Part shown: one piece after another, positions 41,183 to 50,512 of the stretch | Numbering within the stretch: position 1 is the first letter of the stretch | Layout: every line of letters begins with the position of its first letter | Assembly (NCBI GenBank): GCA_963772725.1 | Contig: CAVYYI010000003.1 | Span: 224,001-288,000, forward strand | Direction of reading: 5' to 3' | Source: an uncultured Phycisphaerales bacterium | GTDB taxonomy: Bacteria > Planctomycetota > Phycisphaerae > Sedimentisphaerales > Anaerobacaceae | DNA: 64,000 bases | Notes under the pieces: model-generated | What the model was told of the DNA's origin: nothing | The model's input: the letters and a program-made list of their open reading frames with translations, nothing else | Databases searched by the model: none | Translations under genes and position numbers: made by a program

Positions 41183-41608
41183 TTAAAACGGTATATCGTC
41201 CGCTGGTGGTGCGGCTCCAGCGTCTGGCATTTCGTCCGGAGCGGTTTCACCGCCACCGCCATGCGATTCGCCTCCCGCGGGGCCGCCGATAAACTGAAAG
41301 TTTTCCACCGTTACCCTGTGTTTGCTTCTCTTGGTTCCATCCTGCGCAGTCCAAGTGTCAAAAGTGAGCCGGCCTTCAAGAAATAAGGGCTTACCTTTAG
41401 TTAGATACTTGTTTATTGTTTCCGCCTGCTTGCCAAACGCTCGGCAGTCAATAAAACAGACGTCCTCTTTCTTTGAGCCGTCTTTGCCCGTGTATTTCCG
41501 GTTCGCGGCCAACCCAAATTCTACTACCGCTGTCTGGCTCGGCAAATACGACAACTGCGGGTCACGCGTCAGATTGCCCATCAGAAATATCTTATTGAAT
41601 GCAGCCAT
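41183..41608 (-). CDS. ssb: Single-stranded DNA-binding protein
   Basis: NKIFLMGNLTRDP; C-terminal DDIPF. Confidence 0.96.
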   Translation of the reverse strand: MAAFNKIFLMGNLTRDPQLSYLPSQTAVVEFGLAANRKYTGKDGSKKEDVCFIDCRAFGKQAETINKYLTKGKPLFLEGRLTFDTWTAQDGTKRSKHRVTVENFQFIGGPAGGESHGGGGETAPDEMPDAGAAPPADDIPF

Positions 41609-41645
41609 ATCCGCTTCCTTTTTTAACTATTGACTCAATTATCAG

Positions 41646-42122
41646 TTAAATGTTCGAATTTTTTTCGGAATCTATATCTTCCATTATGTCAGGAATTTTT
41701 TCAACCTGTTCTATTTCTTCAACATCATCTTCTGCCTTTACGGCTTCGACCACTTCCTGAACAGTTGGACGTTTCTCCGCGAGCATCGCGGGGGTGTCCT
41801 TGTCTATAATTTCCTGCGGTATCTCATCGGCATTCAATATTAAAACGCGGATGACACGTTCCGACAATAGAATATCTCTTTCTATGTCGCGAACTTTCGT
41901 GCCGTCAACCCTGAAATAACAAAGAATGTACGTCCCGCGGGACTTACCCTGCACGGTATAAGCCAGTTTACGCTCATCCCATTTCCGCAAAGAATTTATC
42001 TCTGCGCCGGACTTTTCCAGTATGGTCCGTATCAGGCCGACAATTCCATCCCAATCCGATGCCGCTTCCGCGGAATCCACGAGAAACATTGCCTCATATA
42101 ATTTCTTAACAACTGTTTCCAA
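41646..42122 (-). CDS. rpsF: 30S ribosomal protein S6
   Basis: YEAMFL, W.ERKLAY, VIRVLI; TTG start with ggagg RBS. Confidence 0.92.
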   Translation of the reverse strand: METVVKKLYEAMFLVDSAEAASDWDGIVGLIRTILEKSGAEINSLRKWDERKLAYTVQGKSRGTYILCYFRVDGTKVRDIERDILLSERVIRVLILNADEIPQEIIDKDTPAMLAEKRPTVQEVVEAVKAEDDVEEIEQVEKIPDIMEDIDSEKNSNI

Positions 42123-42185
42123 GCCAGTTACCTCCAAATACATTAAAAATTTCTAATCAAACCAAAAAATTAAACTTAACTTTTT

Positions 42186-42769
42186 TTATTCATCTTCTTT
42201 CGCCGCGGCGTTAAACCTGTTCATCGCCATTTCTGTTCCATATTCGAGCCAGCAAAGAATCGCTTTGACGGCATCGTTAATCGCGGCTTCAATCAGTTTC
42301 CTATCCTGCTCATCCGGTCTTGAGAGAACAAAATCCACCGAATTTGCTCTGCCTGATGAGCCTATTCCTACTCGAAGCCGCGGAAACTCATCTGAGCCTA
42401 ATTTCTCAATAATATCCGCCAGACCGTTATGCCCGCCGGATGAACCTTTTTTCCTTATCCGAATCCTGCCGGGTTCAATCGCCATATCATCGCTTACCAC
42501 CAGCAAATCGGACAACGGGACTTTATAGTATCCCGCGGCTGTAACAACCGCCTGTCCGCTGCGATTCATATATTCCCACGGCTTCAACAATATTAACTTT
42601 TTATCGCAAAATTCTCCCTGGCCAAAACACGCTCGAACTTCTTTTTTCTTATGTCAATATCCAGCGTTTTTGCCAGCAAATCCACAACTTTAAAACCAAC
42701 GTTATGACGCGTTTCTGTGTATTCATCGCCTGGATTACCCAGACCAGCAACCATTCTGATTTCTGCCAT
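42186..42769 (-). CDS. pth: Peptidyl-tRNA hydrolase (frameshift near 42600-42630)
   Basis: [35 protein letters not shown]. Confidence 0.92.
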
Positions 42770-42831
42770 AACAGTCGTTATGAATCTCAAAAAGTTTATT
42801 CACATTTACTATGCACATTATTATCAAAAGC

Positions 42832-43484
42832 CTAAGACTTTTCTTCCTCAGGAGCCTCTTCTTCCTCCTTCTTTTTCTCAGTAATAACTTCAGGAGCGGC
42901 AGGAGCTTCGGCGAGAATTTCTTCAGTAGTCTTAGCCTCCAGAACTATGTTGCAGCTTGCCACAAAAGCCTCAGGAGCGGTTACAAGTTTAACTTCCGGC
43001 GGAAGAACAATGTCCTTGGCCTTTATAACATCGCCGACATTCATTTCTTTCACGGATACAACTATGGAATCAGGAATATTGGTTACTCTGCATTCCACTT
43101 CCAGTTTATCGAGATGCGCTGAACTACGCCGCCCTCGGCAGCGCCCTTCGCCGTTCCCTTAATCTCGATAGGCACACCGACTTTTACGGTTTCAGTCACA
43201 TCAACACGCATAAGGTCAATATGTACAATGTCTTTGCCGAGATAATCGTACTGCACATCCTTGATAAGCGTTGTTTCCTTGGCGGCGCCGATTTCAACAT
43301 CTATAACTCTCGCCCCATGATGCAGTCCCTCCGTAAAATTATGCGCATCAAGAGAAACTGATATCGGGTTTTTGCCGTGACCGTAAATTGTTGCCGGTAT
43401 CTGCCCTTTATCTCGCAACTTTGCGGCTGAGTGTTTTCCAACCTTTTCCCTGACTTCTGCTTTTAAAAGCAAGGTTCTTTCCAT
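42832..43484 (-). CDS. rplY: 50S ribosomal protein L25/Ctc (frameshift near 43100)
   Basis: IPATIYG, KDVQYD, HIDL, C-terminal EPEVI-like PEVITEKK. Confidence 0.9.
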
Positions 43485-43531
43485 AATCTTTTCACCTGTT
43501 CTTTCCTATTGTAAATCCGATACTTCTTACT

Positions 43532-44484
43532 TTATACATTATTAAATAAACTGCTCACAGATTCGTTCCTGTGAATTCTTTTAATCGCCTCACCCAGCAT
43601 TTCGGCTACGCTGACACCTTTATATTTCCGTTCTTTTTCGCCTCAGCGGTAAGCGGAATGGTATCCGTAATAACCACCTCCGAGATAGGCGACTGTTTCA
43701 GCCTCTCAAGCGCCTCGCCAGCGAAAATTCCATGCGTCGCGCCGACAAATATCTTTTCCGCTCCGCGCTCTTTTACAAGATTCGCCGCACCTGCGATGGT
43801 CCCTGCCGTGGCGATAATATCGTCGACCATCAGTATGTTTCTGCCCTCAACTTCGCCTATTATCTCCTGTGCCTTTATTTCGCTGCCGCTGACACGCTTT
43901 TTATGTATTATGGCTAAGTCACCTCCCAAATGGGCTGCGTACTTGGCTGCCATCTTTATGTTGCCCACGTCAGGCGAAAGCACCGTAAGTTTGCTTATCT
44001 TTTTGCTGCGGAAATACTCACTGAGAACAAGCTCACCCATCAGGTGGTCAACAGGTATATCGAAAAATCCCTGCAACTGATGCGCGTGAAGGTCTATGGC
44101 AATGACCCTGTCTGCGCCGGCCACGGTAATAAGGTTCGCGACTAATTTGGCCGTGATAGGCACGCGGCCTTCGTCTTTCCTGTCCTGCCTGGCGTAGCCG
44201 AAATACGGCATCACCGCGGTAATGCGTTTTGCGCTGGCCCTTCTGAGGCAATCGAGAAATATCAAAAGCTCCATCAGGTACTCATCTACGGGTCTGCATG
44301 TGGACTGAATAACATAGCAGTCCCTGCCGCGCACGTCATCTTCGGTTTTGACAAGTTTTTCACCGTCAGGAAAAGTTTCTATCTTTGCCCCGCCAAGCGG
44401 AATATCGAGATATCTGCAAACCGCCACAGCCAGTGCCGGATTGCTGCTTCCTGAAAATATTTTTAATTCATTATTAAGAAACAT
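43532..44484 (-). CDS. prs: Ribose-phosphate pyrophosphokinase (frameshift near C-terminus)
   Basis: FPDGE, PYFGYARQDRK, DLHA.Q..GFF, VDDIIATAGT; tail SVAEMLGEAIKRIH..ESVSSLF in another frame. Confidence 0.95.
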
Positions 44485-44500
44485 TTTTCAATTCCTTTGA

Positions 44501-45481
44501 CTAATTTATGTGTTCTTCCTGAACAGATGAAACTGCCGGTCTGACCGTTCTGCCGTCCTCAACTATTGTTCCGCTATTTAGATACGCAAAAGGCCCGATG
44601 CGGCATCTATGTCCTATCTTAACACTGCCGTGAATATATGTAAAAGGTTCTATCACCGTATCCTGACCAATCTGTGCACGCACATCAATCCACGTATTAT
44701 CAGGGTCAACTATCGTTACGCCGCTTGCCATAAGCTGCTTTTGTATTCTCTGCTGCATAATCTTGCTCGCAACGCTTAGCTGCTCTCTGCTGTTGACGCC
44801 CATCGCTTCTTCCGGCCTAACCGCCGTTACCGCGACAACTTTATGCCCCCCGGCGATTATCAAAGCCAGCGCATCGGTCAGATAGTATTCACCCTTGGCA
44901 TTATTCGGCCGAACTTTCGCTAATGCCTCGAACAGTGTCTTGTTATGAAACAGATAATAACTCGGATTGACTTCTTTAATAGCCAACTGCTCTTTAGTGC
45001 AGTCGTTTTGCTCTACTATGCCTTGAATATTGCCGTACGCATCGCGTATTATTCTTCCGTAGCCGGTCGGGTCATCCAGAACTGCCGTCGCCAGAGTCGT
45101 CGCGGAATGCTCAATGGTGTGTTTTTCTATCAAAACCTTCAATGTCTCTGCCCTGATTAAAGGCCCGTCTCCGCACATAACAAGCGTCTCGCCGTCGAAA
45201 TTCTCAAGGTACTCTTTGCAGCAAAGAACAGCGTGGGCAGTTCCTTTTTGCTCATTTTGCATTACCCAGGTGATATCGGAAGCATCAGCAAAGCGTTTTT
45301 TTACCTGTTCCGCGCCGTAACCGACAACAATATAGAGCTTCTTGACACCCGCCTGACGGCACGCGTCAAGAACGTAAGCGAGCATAGGCCTTCCGCACAC
45401 CTCGTGCAGAACTTTAGCCTGCCTGGTATTCATCCTGCTGCTCACGCCAGCCGCCAGAATTATCGCAACTCTTTCCGCCAC
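44501..45481 (-). CDS. glmU: GlmU-like UDP-GlcNAc pyrophosphorylase, short form lacking most of the acetyltransferase domain
   Basis: ILAAG.SSRM, Q.GTAHA, GYGRI, GEYYLTD, GVN; ends about 20 aa after GPFAYL. Confidence 0.85.
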   Translation of the reverse strand: MAERVAIILAAGVSSRMNTRQAKVLHEVCGRPMLAYVLDACRQAGVKKLYIVVGYGAEQVKKRFADASDITWVMQNEQKGTAHAVLCCKEYLENFDGETLVMCGDGPLIRAETLKVLIEKHTIEHSATTLATAVLDDPTGYGRIIRDAYGNIQGIVEQNDCTKEQLAIKEVNPSYYLFHNKTLFEALAKVRPNNAKGEYYLTDALALIIAGGHKVVAVTAVRPEEAMGVNSREQLSVASKIMQQRIQKQLMASGVTIVDPDNTWIDVRAQIGQDTVIEPFTYIHGSVKIGHRCRIGPFAYLNSGTIVEDGRTVRPAVSSVQEEHIN

Positions 45482-45522
45482 TATCTTACCTTAAAACAAT
45501 TATCAATAATCAATCTAAACAC

Positions 45523-45594
45523 CTACCCGACCAGGGCTCGAACCTGGAATGTAGGTACCAAAAACCTATGTGTTACCAATTACACCATCGGGTA
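45523..45594 (-). tRNA. tRNA-Gln(TTG)
   Basis: Minus strand tacccgatggtgtaattggtaacac-ataggtttttggtacctac-attccaggttcgagccctggtcgggtag; cloverleaf, anticodon TTG, CCA not encoded; usual position upstream of glmU/prs. Confidence 0.95.
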
Positions 45595-45630
45595 ACTTAT
45601 TTCTGTACGCTATACGCTAATTCCAATCTG

Positions 45631-45808
45631 TCACGGGGGCCGTACTGTAATTCGACCCGATTTGGCTTTGCCGGAGGCTTGAGTCAGCCACGCCGTGATA
45701 CTGCTGACCCCAACTATTTCGTCGCTCGCGGCTCGTCGTTCGTCTTTCGAGCAACGGAAACCGAGATACGGGCGACTTCTTCTACTACCCCGTGCGGCAA
45801 AGCACAGT
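45631..45808 (-). ncRNA. Candidate structured RNA (~180 nt, family not recognised; 6S-like size)
   Basis: Terminal stem cacgggg/ccccgtg, further pairing cccg/cggg and ggttt/aagcc, internal hairpins; lies just downstream of a promoter. Confidence 0.5.
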
Positions 45809-45814
45809 TTCAGC

Positions 45815-45843
45815 AATATACCCTATTGCCAAAAACAAAGCAA
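45815..45843 (-). promoter_or_regulatory. Sigma70-type promoter for the RNA / tRNA-Gln / glmU run
   Basis: Minus strand TTGCTT-17nt-TATATT. Confidence 0.6.
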
Positions 45844-45936
45844 CATTTTTTTGCTTATTTTTTTCGCCCCCAAAACCGCATTATCAATAATAATATCGCA
45901 GGTCGTTTACTCGTCACTGGCACGGCGACGAATACT

Positions 45937-47733
45937 TTATTTCGCCTTATTTTCCGCCCTCGGCCAAAAAACCGCGTCACCTTTCTTATCTAACCAAATT
46001 CTCGCTCTGCCATCGTCGCCATAACAGAATTCGCCGCCGTCATCGGTAAAATCAAGGCCGACGCTGTAAAGGATAAAATTGCCATCCGTCTTTCTATAGA
46101 CCAGCGGCTTATCACTGTATGGGTCTATTGGTATTTGTTTCAAATAGCCAGCCTTAACCAACTGATTTAGCATCTCAGGATATTCTCCTTTATCCTGTTT
46201 ATATCGCAATATGGCCAATACAGTCACCACTGCCTCGCATTGAACTTTAACGAGATATGAACGTCCAATTATCCAATCACTAGCGGGCATTAATATTTTT
46301 ATATAGTAAAAGGGATTTCGCATTCTTTTTAAGCTTGATGCGTTCGCACGGCCAAGCTCGCAGTCAATATTAAAATTCATCTGATGTTTTTGATATGGAG
46401 TCATTTCTGCCCATTTTTCGAAATTATCATAAGTCTTTCGAAACTTTTCCGCTATAGTACGCCGGTCATGACCTATCAATGCAAAACCGAGAGATATGCC
46501 GTAATCTTCCAGATTCATTTTTCTTTCATCATCAAAAAGCACAATGTCGCCGATGTCCAAAGACAAAGACGGAATATTTATTTTGCCAGGAATTAAATGA
46601 CCTGAACCGCAGCCATTATCAGTAAAACTTCGCTGGATAATATCATCCATAGTAAATTTTTCAACCCTGAAATCTAATGTAAATGTATCTGATTCGATAA
46701 GCTTTTCAAATTCATTTTGAAAACTCCGCAATTTATCTGAATTAATATTGCTCTCCTGCAAAATTGCTAAACTCGTGTTGCAGGCAAATGCCTCCGTAGC
46801 CACTCCAGCAAGCTGTTCAATGAGCTTGCGAGGCCCCTTGTAGTGCATACCGGCACGATAACACGAAAATATATCATCAAACGCGTCGTCAATTCGACCC
46901 TGCGACGTAGCCAATTTCGCTCGCCAGCACAAAAGGTAACAGAACCTTTTAATTTTGCTTAGTTCAGGCAAAAGCATATTATACATCACATTATCTTTCG
47001 CCTCACGTTTCCACCAGCAGTATGGTTTTTTGGTCGCCTGTTTGAAAATCGCTAAGGCTTCATTATTATCCGCAATCCACTTTTTTAAAGCCGCAAACTC
47101 TTCCGGCATAAGTTCGCCAATCCGCTTATCTTTAATTGCAATAGTCAGTTCCACCGTTAATGGTGGTACAAGTTCATCGTTCATTTCATCTAAACCCGGG
47201 GAAAAGTATGGGGGTTTATAGTTCATTTCATCAGACCGACTTTTATCAGCAATACGCGGCTCTTGGACATAAAGCCCAAACGCCTTTTGATATAAAGGCG
47301 CCGCGTTAAGACTTTCATCAGCCGCAGGTCTGGCCAATTCACACGCACGCTCAACGTAATTGACCGATATTGTAGGCCTGCCGAGTGAAAGATATATACA
47401 GTAGAGAATAAGACAGAGGAACGCTATTCCTATGACCTGAAAACACCGCGCAAAAACTGTTCGCCACAAAGGTCGGACGTTCTTCGCCCGCCGCATAAGA
47501 ACCCCCAGCAATTTCGCATCACCGAATCCAGCGATTAGCTGTTGTGCCTTTTCTTCTTTTTCTTTATCGCTTTGACAGATTGAAAGCTCATCTTCGAAAT
47601 GTGCAATCAGTTCGGCCTGCACCTCTTTCCGCACCTTCCGCCGATACCCCATCTTCTTAACGACAAGCCGAATATACTCCCCCGCCGCCGCAGGCAACTC
47701 CGCAAAAAGTTTGTCACTATCTTTCTTCTTCAT
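45937..47733 (-). CDS. Membrane-anchored protein with PadR-partner N-terminal domain and GspG/pseudopilin-like C-terminus
   Basis: N-term EL.AHFED....A...I..FGD..L; one TM helix; C-term YP..L..LV..YL..IP.DPYS...LYSVG.D..DDGG. Confidence 0.7.
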   Translation of the reverse strand: MKKKDSDKLFAELPAAAGEYIRLVVKKMGYRRKVRKEVQAELIAHFEDELSICQSDKEKEEKAQQLIAGFGDAKLLGVLMRRAKNVRPLWRTVFARCFQVIGIAFLCLILYCIYLSLGRPTISVNYVERACELARPAADESLNAAPLYQKAFGLYVQEPRIADKSRSDEMNYKPPYFSPGLDEMNDELVPPLTVELTIAIKDKRIGELMPEEFAALKKWIADNNEALAIFKQATKKPYCWWKREAKDNVMYNMLLPELSKIKRFCYLLCWRAKLATSQGRIDDAFDDIFSCYRAGMHYKGPRKLIEQLAGVATEAFACNTSLAILQESNINSDKLRSFQNEFEKLIESDTFTLDFRVEKFTMDDIIQRSFTDNGCGSGHLIPGKINIPSLSLDIGDIVLFDDERKMNLEDYGISLGFALIGHDRRTIAEKFRKTYDNFEKWAEMTPYQKHQMNFNIDCELGRANASSLKRMRNPFYYIKILMPASDWIIGRSYLVKVQCEAVVTVLAILRYKQDKGEYPEMLNQLVKAGYLKQIPIDPYSDKPLVYRKTDGNFILYSVGLDFTDDGGEFCYGDDGRARIWLDKKGDAVFWPRAENKAK

Positions 47734-47754
47734 CTTATGCCTTTTTTCATTAAG

Positions 47755-47822
47755 TTGTGCGTATTGTGTATCGCGTATTGCGTAGTCCCTTCGCACGACG
47801 CATCACGCACAGCGCACTACGA
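47755..47822. repeat. Heptamer-unit inverted tandem repeat
   Basis: tgcgtat-tgtgtat-cgcgtat-tgcgtag ... cgcacga-cgcatca-cgcacag-cgcacta. Confidence 0.6.
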
Positions 47823-47824
47823 AA

Positions 47825-48167
47825 TTACGCCGGCACAACGCCAAACTCAAACATCAGTTTCAACCCAGTCTGAAGCTGCTCAAGCTCAGCTTTCTGCGAG
47901 GCCAAATAATCTCTGCCCTTGCTGGTGATGGAATAGTACCGCCTTTGCCTGCCGTTGGGTATCTGTTCCAACTCGCCGATTATCAGCTTCTTCGCCTCGA
48001 GATTATAAAGCAGCGGATACAGCGTCCCCTTGCCCAGCGTAAGAATCCCCTTAGACCTTTGTTCAATGGCACTGGAAAGTTCATAGCCGTACATCCGCCC
48101 GCGCGAAAGTATCTCCAGCGCCAACCACCGGCGCCACACCTTTTAACAATTCCCGTTCAAATTTCAT
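47825..48167 (-). CDS. PadR-family transcriptional regulator (frameshift near N-terminus)
   Basis: MKFERELLKG, MYGYEL, GTLYPLL..LE, RRYYSIT.KG. Confidence 0.88.
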
Positions 48168-48195
48168 AATAGCCTCCAATAATTATTTTACTACA

Positions 48196-48227
48196 CATAG
48201 TATGTATTGCATACTATGCAATGTCAA
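48196..48227 (-). promoter_or_regulatory. padR promoter with overlapping palindromic operator
   Basis: Minus strand TTGACA-17nt-CATACT; perfect inverted repeats catagtatg-N5-catactatg (48196-48218) and ttgcata-c-tatgcaa (48207-48221). Confidence 0.7.
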
Positions 48228-48411
48228 GTAAAATCCCAAAAATAAATTGTAAGTAAATAATAGTAATCGACCCTCAAACGATATACAAACGTATCATAAA
48301 CATACCATTATATTGAGCAAATGATGATAAAGATATTGAAAATGATAGTATTTTGTGTTATTTCGTGTGCATTCGTGGTTAATTTAATCAAGGTGTCTGG
48401 AGTGTAATTGA

Positions 48412-49522
48412 ATGCGTAAGTATTTGTATTTTATAATGTTACCTATTTTCCTCTCCCCCGGCTGCGGCGGCGATAAGCCTCGTTTCACCGACGAACAAAT
48501 GGCAAAAATCCCGCTTGTGCAAAGAGACGGCCTGGCTGAACCTTCCGGCGGTTTTGTGCTTGCGGTTAATACAGACACCATCACAGCCGACGAGGTAACT
48601 ACCCCATTGGTCGAATCTTTCAGACAATTGGCGAAAAACGGTAATTACGATGAATTCAGCAGGCAGGCCAAACCCGTTATCGAACAGCTTGTGTTAAATA
48701 AAGCCTCAAACATACTTCTTTATAATGAAGCCAAAAAGCAGGCAGGCGAACAAGTCGAAGATGCCCTCGATAAAGCTGTCGAAAGTGAGGTCAGAAAATT
48801 TGTTAATAGTTTCGATGGAGACTACGCCAAAGCCGAAAAAGAGATAAAAGAAATGGGGATGGATTGGCAGAGTTTCAGGGAATTTCAAAAAAAGAAGATT
48901 ATGAGCCAGTCATATCTATCCTCGAAAATGCCTGAAAACGCCCACATAACTTATGGCGAAATTCTCGATTATTACAACAATGTTAAGGAAAAGGATTACA
49001 CAAAAGAGGCAGTCATAACATTCAGACTTATAGATATTGATACAGCCAAAGTCGAAAAAACCGACCCTAACCAAACTAATCAGCAGCAGGCAAAGATTCT
49101 GGCCGATGAACTGCTCAAACGGCTCAAGGCGGGCGAAGATTTCGGTGAACTGGCTAAAAAGTATTCAAATGACCATCGCCGCGATTTCGGAGGGCTTTGG
49201 TTGCCCCTCCAGCCTGATTCTCTGGCTGAGCCTTACGATATTATCGGAACTGAGGCTGCGAAGATCCGAGCCCGGACAGATTGCGGGGCCTGTTGAAAAT
49301 GGCGGACATATCTTTATAATGAAGCTCGAAGGCAGGCAGTCAAGAACCGTTGAGCCTCTCGAAAAGGTGCAAAAAGAGATAGAGGCACGGATTGATTTTG
49401 AACACAGAAAAAAGGCTGTCGATGAAATTGTTGGTAAACTCTTAAAGCAGGCGGCCATCCCGGAACAGGACCAGTTCATCACTTTCTGCGTTCAAAAACT
49501 GCATAAGGAATGCAATAAGTAA
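48412..49522 (+). CDS. PpiC-type peptidyl-prolyl isomerase lipoprotein (SurA/PrsA-like; frameshift near 49270)
   Basis: Lipobox LSPGC, GEDFGELAKKYS.D, G.HI..L. Confidence 0.85.
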
Positions 49523-49537
49523 CGGTATTTCAAAATT

Positions 49538-49924
49538 ATGGAAACTATAGCACACGGAATAGACCTTGTTGATTTCCCGCGAATTGAAGAGATGCTCAAA
49601 GAACATGGCGAACGCTTTTTGAATCGCGTTTTTACCGCTGATGAACAGGCTTACGCCGACGCGAATAAAAACAGGATCGAAAAACTGGCAGGCCGTTTCG
49701 CCGCTAAAGAAGCAATACTCAAACTCATAGGTACAGGCTGGCGGGGTAAAATCGCATGGACAGATATCGAGGTTTTAAACAACCCTCTCGGCCAGCCCCA
49801 GGTTAAACTCACCGGCGAAGTTGCGAACCTCGCCGAAAAACTCGGCATTAAACAAATTAGCGTCAGCATTACCCATACCGCAAATTTCGCGCTGGCTTCC
49901 GCGGTCGCGATAACGAAAAGCTAA
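49538..49924 (+). CDS. acpS: Holo-[acyl-carrier-protein] synthase
   Basis: GIDLV, LAGRFAAKEA, VSITHT. Confidence 0.95.
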   Translation: METIAHGIDLVDFPRIEEMLKEHGERFLNRVFTADEQAYADANKNRIEKLAGRFAAKEAILKLIGTGWRGKIAWTDIEVLNNPLGQPQVKLTGEVANLAEKLGIKQISVSITHTANFALASAVAITKS

Positions 49925-49945
49925 GCAGGGATAGATTACTTTTGA

Positions 49946-50173
49946 TTAAAGCAACTTTAAAAAGCTTTCGGTCGTAAGTTCGGCATCACGCAATAATTTT
50001 CGCAGGAGGCCTTTACCCAAAGTCTTATGACAGGGTATGGTTAATGGTTTTTTGGAACTATCGCTGGTGTGATGCATTCGGACATGGCTACCTCGTTGAC
50101 GAACAACTTGATAGCCGGTCTTCTCGAAGCATTTTACGGCTTGACTGCCGGAAATGACGGGCAATTTAGGCAT
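49946..50173 (-). CDS. hicA: HicA-family toxin
   Basis: MPKLPVISG, RQRGSHV, IP.H..L.KG.LR.LL. Confidence 0.88.
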   Translation of the reverse strand: MPKLPVISGSQAVKCFEKTGYQVVRQRGSHVRMHHTSDSSKKPLTIPCHKTLGKGLLRKLLRDAELTTESFLKLL

Positions 50174-50395
50174 AAGATAATGTGCAGAAACTTAATTCCT
50201 GAGGATGGAAATTTTTAAGAGCCTGCCTGTTTTCTTTTTCTTCGAGGCACAGGTCAATTACTTCACGAATATTTTTCAACGCCTCATCGAAAGTCTTTCC
50301 CTGGCTGTAACAGCCAGAGAATACGGGCATTCGACTACGTAAAATCCGTCTTCGTCTTTTTCAATAAATACTGGCAACTGATACTGTTTTTTCAT
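50166..50395 (-). CDS. hicB: HicB-family antitoxin (one frameshift; missing from the ORF track)
   Basis: Read by hand: MKKQYQLPVFIEKDEDGFYVVEC(P)VFSGCYSQGKTFDEALKNIREVIDLCLE. Confidence 0.85.
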
Positions 50396-50512
50396 TTCTT
50401 ATTACCTTTACTGCAAAATATCACATAAGGTTTTAAAATGCAAGCAATTTTTGCCGAATAATGAATTCATATCCCGGTTGATTAAAATGCTTAAAAGTAT
50501 ATACTGACCTCA

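Noticed and set aside
45523..45594. tRNA-Gln as an integration site
   Set aside because: No duplicated tRNA 3' end or integrase seen; glmU follows directly
45635..45660. Plus-strand ggggccgtactgtaattcgac resembling a tmRNA 5' end
   Set aside because: No matching T-arm/acceptor 3' end or tag reading frame follows, and the promoter points to the minus strand
47734..47796. N-terminal extension MRRDYAIRDTQYAQL of the 619 aa ORF
   Set aside because: It is the translation of the intergenic heptamer repeat; the likely start is ATG 47733
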